Part shown: piece by piece, positions 39,233 through 52,082 of the stretch
Layout: every line of letters starts with the position of its first letter
Numbering within the stretch: the stretch's first letter is position 1
NCBI RefSeq assembly: GCF_963921235.1
Contig: NC_086101.1
Coordinates: forward strand, 31,992,001-32,056,000
Direction of reading: 5' to 3'
Origin: Mobula hypostoma
Lineage: Eukaryota
DNA: 64,000 bases
Notes under the pieces: model-generated
Databases searched by the model: none
What the model saw: the letters and a program-made list of their open reading frames with translations, nothing else
What the model was told of the DNA's origin: nothing
Translations under genes and position numbers: made by a program

Positions 39233-41249
39233 TTCTATGTTAATCGGCGAGATCAGTGAGAAATGGATTAAATCTCGGGCTTGTGCCCGATCTCCAGGCT
39301 TCTTGGCCTCAAGCCTGCGCACCTGATGGAAACCCTGGGAGACAGCAAGCAGCAGATCGCTCAGCCAGCCTGGAATCAGACTGTAGATCTCAGGCTCCAA
39401 TAGCAGCAGAGCCATATTTGAAAGAAAAAGAAGTGAAATAAGTCGTTTTGTGAACCATCTGGCAGACGTCGGCCTTGGTCGCGTTGTTCTCAGCCACCAT
39501 CTTGTTCTGGTGGTAACAACTGGACATCTGTGGTCCTTCAGGGGCATAGAACATTGGCAGGGGGTGGGGTAACCAGGGGAAGAGCAGAGGCTTACTGGGG
39601 ACCAAAGCAGCAACCTGTGAGTGAGGCCTGAAATGCATACCTGTCACCTGTAGTCATCAGAAGGACAGTGGATCAGGAGAGTTCAGAAAAAGTGGACAGT
39701 GAAATTCCAAAACACGTTATTAAAAAGGTCAAGTTTAATTGTTATTCAACCATACTCATAAATACAGCCAAACGAAACAGTATTCCCCTGGGGCCAAGTG
39801 TAAAACACAGTAGCATCAGTTTCACAGACACTGCACATATAGCACATACCATAATGATAGCAGAAAAATGTACAGTCACAAAAATACTACGAAAAAATAA
39901 AAATATAGCCCAAGTCCCTGAGCGTCACAGCCTGTAGAATGGTGGTGCATGGATGTTATCCTGGAGCCATGTTTCTGGAAGAACGAGCTCACAGCAGTTC
40001 CTCATCTTGCACAGTGCAGCCATGGACGAATGCAATCCAGCTTGTCTTCCACTGAGCGAACACTGGAGGGCAGCACCCATGGGAGGGGCCCAACCCAGTA
40101 AGGAAAGCTGCTGCTCACAGCCAGCTCTGGTGTGCCCCTCCCCGACGGCCGCAACAGGCCACCCTGAGGCATGAGGTCATTGTCCGTGCAGCAACCGAGA
40201 CAATGCAGCCCCCCCCCACCTCACTGTCGGTCGTGGGAATGAAGCAGTGAATCGGACTCACAGTACTCTACATTTAAGAAGGAAATATTGGACGTTTCCA
40301 TTTTATAGACAAGTGGATTAAATCCCCAGGAGGTCTCAGGGATCCTGACAGAGAGCTGGACACAGGTGGTTCCAGATAGCTGGAGGACTGCAAATATGGT
40401 TTCTTTACTCAAGGGCAGCTAGGAAGGGTCAGGTAATGGGTAACTATAAACCAGCGAGCTAGTGTTAGAGTTAGCAAGATTTTAAGCAAATATTTCTGAT
40501 GGACAGGACGTGTCTTCAATTGGAAAGGTAGGGTTAAATCCTTGGATCCTTGACTTTCTGACCAACAGCACCCAATCAATAAGGATAGGCAGCCGCACCT
40601 CCACCACAATTGCCCGCCAGTGTTCGCTCAGTGGGATAGAAGCTCCTGAGGCTGGTGATGTGCTTTCAGACTTTTGTTTCCTCTGCCAGATGTGAGGTGG
40701 GGAAGAAAGAATGCCCGGGCTGGGTGGGGTGTTTGATTATATTGGCTACTGTAGTGAGACAGATAGAGCCCATGGAGGGGCCTCTCCACTACTATCCACA
40801 ACTCTGCAGTTTCTTGTGTTCACATGCAGTGCAGTTGGCATGCATTAAGCTTCCATCCAGACAGAAAGCTTTCAATGGAGCATCGATAAAAGCTGGTAAG
40901 GGTTGATGGGGACGTGCCAGATTTTCTTCAGACCTGTTACGAAGTAGGGGCATTGGTGAGCTTTCTGAAGCATGACATCAATGTGGTTGGATCAGGGCAG
41001 GCTATTGGTGATGTTCACACCCAGGAACTTGAAGCTGTCAACCATCTCAACCTCAGGACCATCGATGTGGACAGGAGCACGCGGGTTGCTCCCCTTCCCA
41101 ACGTCACTGACCAGCACTTTTGTTTTGCTGATGTTGAGGGTAATGTTGCTGTGATAATTACAGTGTCATTAAGCTCTGTATCTCCTCCTGTACTCCAGCT
41201 CGAATCCATTCTCCTGCCTTCTCCACGTAACTTTTGATGTCCGGACAAA

Positions 41250-44200
41250 TCAAGAACCTATCAGCCTTACTTTAAATATACCCAGTGACTTGCCTCCACA
41301 GCTGTTTGTCGCAACAAGTTCCACAGATTCACTACCCTCTTGATAAAAAAAAAAATCATGTGTTCTAAATGGATGTCCCTCCATTCTGAGGCTGTGTCCT
41401 CTGGTCCTAGACTACCCCACCATATGAAACATCCTCTCCACATCCCCTCTAACTTGGCCTTTCCATATTCAATAGGTTTCAAAGAGATTCCCCCCTTATT
41501 CTTCTAAACTCTAGTGCATGCAGGCCCAGAGCCAACAAATGCTCCTCATACGTCAACCCTTTCAGTTCCAGATTCATTCTCATGAACCTCCTCTGGAACC
41601 TCTCCAATGCCAGCACGTCTTTTCACAAAACTGCTCACAATACTCCAAGTGTGGTCTTATTGAATGGCAGTGCAGGCTTGATGGGCCAGACGGCCTACTC
41701 CTGCTCCTATTTCTTATGTTATCACCAATGCCTTAAAAAGCCTCAATGTTATATTTTTGCTCTTATGTTCTAGTCCTCTCAAAATGAATGCCAAAATGGA
41801 GACAATGTTTCCTTTGGTGGGGGTATCCGGAACTAGAGGGCACAGCCTCAAAACTGAGGGGCGACCATTTAGAACAGGAGGAATATTTTTAGCCAGAGTG
41901 GTGAATCTGTGGAATGCTCTGCACAGACTGCAGTGGAGGCCAAGTCCCTGGGTAAAACTGGGCTGAGAAGTGGCAGATGGAGTTCAACCCAGATAAGTGT
42001 GAAGTGGTTCATTTTGGTAAGTCAAGTATCATGGCAGAATAGAGTATTAATGGTAAGACTCTTGGCAGTGCAGAGGATCAGAGGGATCTTGGGATCTGAG
42101 TCCATAGGACACTCAAAGCTACTGCGCAGGTGGACTCTGTGATTAAGAAGGCATACAGTGTATTGGCCTTCATCAATCGTGGGATTGAGTTTAGGAGCTG
42201 AGAGGTAATGTTGCAGCTATATAGGACCCTGGTCAGACCCCACTTGGAGTACTGTGCTCAGTTCTGGTCACCTCACTACAGGAAGGATGTGGAAACCATA
42301 GAAAGGGTGCAGAGGAGATTTACAAGGATGTTGCCTGGATTGGGGAGCATGTCTTATGAGAATAGGCTGAGTGAACTCGGCCTTTTCTCCTCGGAGCGAC
42401 AGAGGATGAGAGGTGACCTGATAGAGGTGTATAAGATGATGAGAGGCATTGATCGTGTGGATAGTCAGAGGCTTTTTCCCAGGGCTGAAATGGTTGCCAC
42501 AAGAGGACACAGGTTTAAGGTGCTGGCGAGTAGGTACAGAGGAGATGTCAGGGGTAAGTTTGTTTGTTTTTTAAAAAAAAATGCAGAGTGGTGTGTGCGT
42601 GGAATGGGCTGCCGGCAACAGTATTGGAGGTAGATACGATAGGGTCTTTTAAGAGACTTTTGGATAGGTACATGGAGCTTAGAAAAATAGATGGCTATGG
42701 GTAAGCCTAGTAATTTTTAAGGTAGGGACATGTTCGGCACAACTTTGTGGGCCGAAGATCCTGTATTTTGCTGTAGGTTTTGTATGTTTCTATGTATATT
42801 TAAAGTGGGAGTTAATCGTTTCTTGATTGGTCGGGGCATCAAGGGATATGGTGAGAGGGCAGATATATGGGGATGAATGGGATCCAGGATCAGCCGTGAT
42901 GAAATGGCAGAGCGGACTCAATGGGCTGAATGGCCTAATTCTGCTCCTGTGTCTTACTAATACAAGAACGTAAGAAATAGGAGCAGGGGTAGGCCATCTA
43001 GCCCATTAAGCCTGCTCCATCATTCAATAAGATCTGGCCATAGACTCACCTCCATCTACCTGCCTTATTATTCCCCATACTAATTCCTCTACTATGCAAA
43101 AATTTATCCAGCCTTGTCTTAAATATATTTACTGAGGTAGCCTCCACAACTTCATTGGGCAGAGAATTCCACAGCTTCACCACTTTCTGGGAAAAGCAGT
43201 TCCTCCTCATCTCAATCCTAAATCTACTCCCGAATCTTGAGGCTATGTCCCCTAGTTCTGTTCTCACCTACCAGTGGAAACAACTTTCCCACATCTATCT
43301 TATCTATCCCTTTCATAATTTTATATGTTTCTATAAGATTTCCTCTCATTCTTCTGAATTCCAGCAAGTACAGTCCCAGGTGACTCAATCTCTCCTCACA
43401 GTTGAGCCCCCTCATCTCTGGAATCAACCTGGTGAACCTTCTCTGCACCGCCTCCAAAGCTAGTATATCCTTTCTAAAGTAAGGAGACCAGAACTACATG
43501 CAGTGCTCCAGGTGCAGCCTCACCAGTACCCTGTACAGTTCCAGTACAACCCTCCTGCTCTTAAATTCAATTTCTCTAGCAATGAAGGCCAACATTCCAT
43601 TTGCCTTCTTGATAGCCTGCTGCACCTGCAAACCAACCTTTAGTGATTCATGCACAAGCTCTCCCAAGTCCCTCTGCACAGCAGTATGCCGCAATCTTTT
43701 ACCATTTAAATAATTGCTCTCTCATTTTTCCTTCCGATGTGAATGACCCCCCCCCATTTACCAACATTGTGTTCCATCTGCCAGACCCTTGCCCACTCAC
43801 TTAACCTATCTATACCTCTCTGCACATTCTGTATCTTCTGTACAATTTGCTTTTCCACTCAATTTAGTGTCACCAGCAAACTTAGATACACTACACTCGG
43901 TCCCCCCTTACAGATCATTAATGTACATCATGAACAACTGTGGGCCCAGCACTGACCTCTGCAGCACACTGCTCACCACTGACCGCCAGCCAGAGAAACA
44001 CCCATGTATCCCAACACTCTGCTTCCAATCCTCTATCCATGCTAATACATCACCCCCAACTCTATGCATCCTTATCTTATGAATGTCTTTTATGTGGCAC
44101 CCTATTGAATGCCTTTTGGAAATCCAAGTAAATAATGTCCATCTGTTCCCCTCCATCCACTGCACTTGTTATATCCTCAAAGTGCTCCAGTAAGTTTGTC

Positions 44201-47097
44201 AAATAGGAGGTGAATCCACACTGGTCTGCCTGATGGATCCATTTCTTTCCAGATGCCTCGCTATTTCTTCTTTAATGATAGCTTCAACCACGGCTGTTAA
44301 ACTAACTGGCCTACAGCTACCTACCTTTTGCCTACATCCTTTTTTGAACAGTGGTGTGACATTTGCCTTCTTCCGATCTGCCGGGACCCACCCAGAGTCC
44401 AGAGAATTTTAGTAAATTATCACCAAAACCTCTACTATAACTTTGCAAATTCTCTCAGTACCCTGGGATGTACTCCATCAGGACCAGGGGACTTGTCTAT
44501 CTTCAGGCCCATAGGGTTGCTCAGCCCAACTCTTTAGTGATAGCTATTATATCAAGGTCCTCACCTCCCATTGCAGCCATATCATCTCCCTTTGACATGT
44601 TAGACGTGTCCTCCACCAGGAAGACTGACACAAAATAGTCATTCAAAGCCTCGGCCATTTCCTCATTACCCAATATCAATTCCCCCTTCTCGTCCTCCAA
44701 GGGAACTCCATTCACTTCAGCCACTCTTTTCCACTTTATATAATTATAAAAACTTTTACTATCTTTTTTAATATTTTGTGCCAGTTTATTTTCATAATCT
44801 ATCTTCCCTTTCTTTATTGCTCACTTAGTGATTCTTTGTTGCTTTTTAAAATTTTCCTAACCTTCCAGATTCCCACGAAACTTGGTGACTTTGTACGCAC
44901 GAGCTTTTAGTTTGATGCCTTCCTTTATTTTCTTAGTTATCCATGGCTGGCTCTCCCCACCCTTACTGTCCTTGCTTTTAACTGGAATATACTTTTGTTG
45001 AGCACCATGAAAAATCTCTTTGAAAATCTTCCACTGTTCCTCAACTGTCCCACCATATAGCTTGTCTTCCTAGTCTACCCTATCCAACTCCTCCTTCATC
45101 CCGTTGTAGTCTCCCTTGTTTAGGCATAATACATGTGGTCTTATGGTCTTTTTCACTTGCCTTCCTTACCAATGACTCAAGCTACACATTAACTTTTAAG
45201 GAATCCTACTCAAGGTATCCCAAGTCCATTTCCACTCTGATTCTTGAATTTTCTCCCCATTTAGAAAATAGTCTACAATTTTACTCCTTCTACCAAAATG
45301 TAGACCACACACTTCCCTGCACTATGTTCTGTCTGCCACTTCTTTACCCATTCTCCTAATCTACATACTTCTGCAGACTCTTCCTTCCCTCAACACTACC
45401 TGCCCCTCCACCTATCTTCATACTACCTGCAAACTTGGCCTGAAAGCCATCATTTCTGTTATCCAAATCATTGACATACTGTATAACGTGAAAAGGAGCA
45501 GTCCCAAGACCAACCCCTGTAGAACACCTATAGTCATCGGCAGCCAACCAGAAAAGGCACGCCTTTAATCCTTTCCCTTTAATTCTGCCAGTCAGCCAAT
45601 TTTCTAACCGGGCTTGTACCTCCCCTGCATTACCATGGGCTCTTATCTTGTTAAGCAGTCTGATGTGCGACACCTTGTCAAATCTCTTCTGAAAATCCAA
45701 GTAAGCCACATCCACTGACCCTCCCTTGTCTATCTTGTCTGTTGTTTCCTCATAGAATTACAACAGGTTTGTCAGGCAAGATTTCCCCTTAAGGAAACCA
45801 TGTTGACTTCTGCCTATTTTATCATGTTCCTCCGAATACTCCAGGATATCATCCTTGATAATGGACTCCATCATCTTTCCAATCTTCTGCCTTCCTCTTT
45901 TCTTAAACAGTGGAGAGATATTTGCAGTTTTCCAGACCTCCAGAACCATTCCAGAATCTAGAGATTCCTGAAGGATCACTACTAATGATTCCACAATCAT
46001 GAGCTACTTCTTTCAGAACCCTGGGGTGTAGTCCATCTGTTACAGGTGACCTATCTACTTTAAGACTGCTCAGCTTCTCAAGCACCTTCTCCTTAGTAAT
46101 AGCAACCACACTCACCTCTGCCCTCAGCATTCTTGGATTTTTGGCATACTGCTAGTGTTTTCCATAGTGAAAACAGACACAAAATATATCTTATGCTGAT
46201 CAGCCATTTCTTTGTTGCCCAGTACTACCTCTCCAGCATCATTATTCAGCAGTCTGATATCCACTCTCACCTCACTTTTACATTTTATATATCTGAAAAA
46301 AACTTTTGGTAATGTCTTTTATGTTATTAGCGAGCTTACCTTTATATTTAATCTCTTTCCTCCTTGTAGCTTTCTTAGCTGGCTTCTGTTGGTTTTTAAA
46401 AGCTTCCCAATCCTCCAACTTCCCAATAATATTTGCTTTATTATATACCTTCTCATTTGCCTTTATGCTGCTTTTGACTCCCCTTGTCAGACATGATTGT
46501 TCATCCTCCCTTTAGAATACTTCATCTTTGGGATATATCTACCCTGAACCTTGCAAATTGCCCCCAGAAATTCCAGCCATTGCTGTTCTACCATCATCCC
46601 TGCTTGTGTCCCCTTCCTCTCAACTTTGGCCAGCTCCTCTCTCATACCTTTGCATTTCTTTACACCACTTCATCTGAATTTAGCTTCTCTCTCAAACCAT
46701 TCCCGCACCAACAGGCACAGGAAGAGCTTCTTCCCTGAGGCTGTGACCCTGCTGAACCTCCCATCACAGCGCTAAGCAGTATTGCACCCATATTGTACTG
46801 TCTCAGTACTTCTATATTTGTGTGCTGTAGTACTTACTTTTTATTTGCAGTTATTTTGTAAACAACACTATTCTTTGCATTTCTGGTTAGTTGCTAACTG
46901 CATTTCATTGGCTTTGTATCTGTACTCAGCACAGTGACAAAGTTGAATCTAATCTAAAAATTGTAGGGTGAATTCTGTCATATTATGATCACAGCCTTCT
47001 GAGAGTTCCTTTCTCTTAAGCTTTATAATTGAATTTGGTTCATTACACAGCACCCAATTCAGGATTGTCTTTCCCATGGTGAGGTCAACCACAAGAT
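41250..47097. mobile_element. Stack of nested CR1 fragments on both strands
   Basis: ORFs 42208..42633 (+), 43224..43457, 43494..43694, 43908..44165, 45356..45715 and 45758..46000 (-) all carry CR1 RT or C-terminal motifs. Confidence 0.88.
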
Positions 47098-48703
47098 TGT
47101 CACAATAGGTTGCTGGGAACAGACCCAATTGTGAGACACAGACACTGAAGTACAAGGAACAGGACTTCACTGGAGAAGGGAAGTGACAGGATACAGGCAA
47201 GGACATGACATGGCTTCAGGAAAGAATGTGGCTGGGGTCTAGAGGCCTGAGCTTGGAGACAAGACAAGAGAAGGCTCAGATTCCAAGCCCGAGACTGGAC
47301 AAGGACCCAGAACCTGGGTCTTGCTTCGGGCTCGGACCCCAGAACCAGGCAAGGATATGACATGGCTTGATGCTCAGGGTCTTGGCACCCGAGCTTGGCT
47401 TGGGATCCTCGAGGCTGGGGGTCTTGGCACCCGAGCTTGGCTTGGGATCCTCGAGGCTGGGGGTCTTGGCACCCGAGCTTGGCTTGGGATCCTCGAGGCT
47501 CGGGGTCTTGGCACCCGAGCTTGGCTTGGGATCCTCGAGGCTCGGGGTCTTGGCACCCGAGCTTGGCTTGGGATCCTCGAGGCTCGGGGTCTTGGCACCC
47601 GAGCTTGGCTTGGGATCCTCGAGGCTCGGGGTCTTGGCACCCGAGCTTGGCTTGGGATCCTCGAGGCTCGGGGGGTCTTGGCACCCGAGCTTGGCTTGGG
47701 ATCCTCGAGGCTCGGGGTCTTGGCACCCGAGCTTGGCTTGGGATCCTCGAGGCTCGGGGTCTTGGCACCCGAGCTTGGCTTGGGATCCTCGAGGCTCGGG
47801 GTCTTGGCACCCGAGCTTGGCTTGGGATCCTCGAGGCTCGGGGTCTTGGCACCCGAGCTTGGCTTGGGATCCTCGAGGCTCGGGGTCTTGGCACCCGAGC
47901 TTGGCTTGGGATCCTCGAGGCTCGGGGTCTTGGCACCCGAGCTTGGCTTGGGATCCTCGAGGCTCGGGATTTTTGTCTTGAAACGCAGAGACTGATAACT
48001 CAGAGACTGCAGCTGAGAAACAGACTGGGAACTGAACATCAACATAGAGCCAGGACTTATCCTTCAACAAGCCAGGACTCAACTTCAACTTCATCTCCAC
48101 ACCAAGGTGGAACACATCTCTCCATCAGGTAACAGCAGAACAGCCAGACTTACCCAAGAGGCAATTACAAGACAAGGCAGTTCCCCCCACAGGGTAACTG
48201 CAAAGTGGCTTGGATTACCCCACAGAGGCAAGGACAAGAAGAGACAAACACCAAAGAACAACAGACAGTTCCATCTCTGCTCCACAGAAGCTCCAAGTCT
48301 CAGTTCACCCAGCAACCTCAGCTGGCTACAGCAACATCCAGATCCCTACATAGCTTGGAGTAGCAGGCAGCCACTCAGCTGGCCCAGGAAACAGCCAAAT
48401 CCATACCACAAAGAACACTCCAACAAGTGGTTACAAGGTTCCATGAAGCAGTGGTCCTCCAACCAGGCCTAGAGATCACAAATGGTTTCACTAGCCTTCC
48501 ATCAGCAGATTACTCCAAGAGGGACTGACAAGACAAACCAGCAGCCCACACTGAATCCCAAGGCTACTTATATTGCAAGCCCAAAGATGGGAATCAGGTG
48601 AATATGATTAACTTAAACGAGGGACAGCTGTAAGACCTGGAGTCCTGAGTCCACGGACCGGACCGTGAACCGGAATGCAGACTTCACGGACCGGACCATG
48701 ACA
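47098..48703. mobile_element. LTR-like element (1.6 kb) inserted in CR1
   Basis: TGTCAC...ATGACA ends; 5-bp TSD AAGAT at 47093-47097 and 48704-48708. Confidence 0.75.
47378..47968 (+). repeat. 42-bp minisatellite GGGGTCTTGGCACCCGAGCTTGGCTTGGGATCCTCGAGGCTC inside the LTR-like element
   Basis: About 14 near-identical units; 14-aa periodic ORFs on both strands. Confidence 0.98.
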
Positions 48704-49329
48704 AAGATGCTCTGAAAAGCCATCTTGTAGTCATTCTATAAATTCCCTCTCTTGGGGGCTAGCACCAATTTATTTTCCCAATTTATCTGCTTATTGAAAT
48801 CCGCCATTACTATTGTAACATTGCTCTTTTTTACATGCCTTTTCTATATCCCATTGTAATTTGTATCCCGCATCCTGGTTACTGTTTGGAAATCTGTGTA
48901 TGAGTCCCAACAGGGTCTTTTGAGCCTTGCTATTTCTTAACTCTACCCACAAAGTCTTTCTCAGGATTTGATCTCATTTTTTACCAACAGAACCACCCCA
49001 CTCTCTCTGCCTACCTGCCTGTCCCATGTGTATCCTTGAATGTAAAGCTGCCAACTATGATCTCTCTTCAGCCACAACTCAGTGATGCCCACAACAGTGT
49101 GCATTCAAATATAACATATTCAGTCCTGTATTCATTACCCTTTTTGATTTTGCCCACATGTTATGCTTCAACTCATCCCACTGTCTGCAATTTTGCCCTA
49201 TCACCTGCCTGTCCTGCCTCACAGTCTCACTACACATTGCATCTACTTGTATATCAACTGACCCATCCTCAGTCCTATCACTCCGGATCCCAACCCTTAC
49301 CAAATTAGTTTAAACCCTCCCCAACAGCT

Positions 49330-50420
49330 TATTTTGACTCAGCAGCAAATTAGGGTAAATAAATCCCCAGGGCCTGACAAGGTGTTTCCCCCAGACCCTG
49401 TGGGAGGCTAGTGCAAAAGCTGCTGGGCCCCTAGCAGAGATATTTAAATCATTGTTAGCAACAGGAGAGGTAGCGGAGGATTGGATGATAGCCAATGTTG
49501 TTCCACTGTTTAAGAAAGGCTGTTAAAATAAACCAGGAAATTATAGATGAGCTTGCTATCAGTAAGTGTAAAGGTATTCTAAGGGACTGGATATATGAGT
49601 ATTTGGATAGATTTGCTAGGTATGCCTGCAGATTTGCTGAGTATGTCTGGCGGAAAAAGAATTTCAGGGTTGTACGTGGTGACATATATATACTCTGATA
49701 GTAACATTTGCATTGAACTTTGGACTTTGAACATGGACTGATTAGGGGAATCAGCATGGCTTCATGTTTGGCAGGTCATGTCTAACCAATCTGATAGAGC
49801 TGATGAAGGCAGTGGTGTCTACATCAGCTTTAGCAAGGCATTTGGCAAGGTCCCCCTTGGGTGGTTGGTCAAAAAGGTTCAGTTGCTCGACATTCAAGAT
49901 GAGGTAGTAAATTGGATTACACATTGGCTTTGTGAGAGAAGCCAAAGAGTGGTAGAAGATGACTGCGAGAGATTTAGAGGAAATTGGATTAGATGTTGAT
50001 TTTGTGGGAGAAGCCAGAGAGTGGTATTAGATGGTAGCCCTTCTGACTGGAGGCCTGTGACTATTGGAGTGCCGCAGGGATCAGTGCTGGGTCCATTGTT
50101 TGTCATCTATATCAATGATCTGGTTGATAATGTGGTTAACTGGATCAACAAATTTGCAGAGTAAAGTAGAACAAAAGGATCTGGAAATACAGGTCCATAA
50201 TTCATTGAAAATGATGTCACAGGCACATAGTTAGGGTCGTAAAGAAAGCTTTTGGTACATTGGTCATAAGTTAAGGTATTGAGCACAGGAGATGGGATAT
50301 TATGTTGAAGTTGTCTAAGACATTGGTGAGGCCTAATTTGGAGTATTGTGTGCAGTTGTGGTCACCTACTACAGGACAGATATCAATAAGGAAGAAAGAG
50401 TACAGAGAAAACTTATGTCT
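49330..50420 (+). mobile_element. Degraded CR1 RT fragments
   Basis: [22 protein letters not shown]; many indels. Confidence 0.8.
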
Positions 50421-52082
50421 TATACAATTTCAACATAACATCCCAAATCCTGTATCAGAATATTGATTTATGACCCTATCTACCTGTGACGCCACTTTCA
50501 AGGAATTATGGATCTATATTCTGAGATTCCCTCTGTTCTACCACACTCCTCAGTGTCCTACTGCTCACCAAGTAAGACCTACCCTGGTTTGTCCTCCCAA
50601 AGTGCAACATCTCACAACTGTCTGCATTAAATTCCACCTGCCACTTTTCAGCTCAGTTTTCCAGCTGGTCCAGATCCCACTGCAAGCCATGATAGTCTTC
50701 CTCACTGTCCACACCTAATCTTGGTGTCATCCACAAATTTGCTGATCTAGTTTACAACATTATCATCCAGATCATTGATACAGATGACAAACAACAATGG
50801 ATGCAGCACCAACAAGTGAAAATCTGCAGCTGCTGGAAATCCGAGCAACACACACAAAATGCTGGAGGAACTCAGCAGGCCCGGCAGCACCTATGGAAAA
50901 AAGAGTACCGTCGACATTTCGGGCTGAGACCTTTCATCTTTTTTCCATAGATGCTGCCTGGCTTGTTGAGTTCTTCCAGCATCTGGTGTGTGTCGCATGG
51001 ACACAGCACCATTCTCTGTGGCACTCCACTAGGGATCACTGCTCTTCTCACTGCTATCGTCAGGAAGAAGGTACAGGAGCCTCAGGATCCACACCACCAG
51101 GTTCAGAAACAGTTACTACCCAACAAACATCAGGCTCTTGTACCAGAGGGGATAACTATACTCAACTTCACTCACCCTATGACTGAACTGTTCCCACAAC
51201 CTACAACCTGTGGACTTACTTTCAAGGACTCTTCATATCATGTTCTTAATTATTGCTTGCTTGTATACTATTATTTATTATTTCCTTTTTTCTTTCTTCT
51301 GTTGTCTTGTACATGGGTTATTTGTCTGACTTTCTGGGTGTGGTCTTTCATCAACTCCATTGTCTTGTATTGATTGTGACTGCCTGCAAGAAGATGAATC
51401 TCGGGGTTGTATATGGTGACATTTGATATTAAATCCACTTTGAAATTTGAGGATCTAGAGTTTGGTGATGGGTTTGCTTGGAATTATAGTACAGTGGATT
51501 CAGTTTAATCAGGCTATCGGATAATTCAGGGCAGCTACTTCAAAAGTTCAAAGCTCAAAGCAAACTTATTATTAAAGTATGTATATGTCACCATATACAA
51601 CCCTGAGATTCATTTTCTTGCAGGCATACTCAATAAGTCCAATAACCGTAAAAGAATCAATGGAAGGCAGCACCAACAGGGTAGCCAACCAGTGTGCAAA
51701 AGACAACAATCTGTGCAAATACAGAAAGAAAGAAAAATAATAAATAAATAAACAAGCAATAAATGTCAAGAACATGAGATGAAGACTCCTTGAAAGTGAG
51801 TCCATAGGTTGTGTGAACAGTTCATTGATGGGGCAAGTGAAGTTGAGTGAAGTTATCCCCTCTGGTTCATGAGCTGAGGGGTAACAACTGTTTCTGAACC
51901 TGGTGATGTGGATCCTGAGGCTCCTGTACCTTATTCCTGATGGCAGCCATGAGAAGAGAGAATGGCCTGGAAGGCGGGGGTCCCTGATGATGGATGCTGC
52001 TTTCCTGCAACAACACTCTGTGTAGATATGCTCATGACAGACTGGGCCGTAACCACTACCTCTTGTGGGATTTTCCATTCAA

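Noticed and set aside
47100-48132. 200-280 aa ORFs on both strands
   Set aside because: These are translations of the 42-bp tandem repeat.
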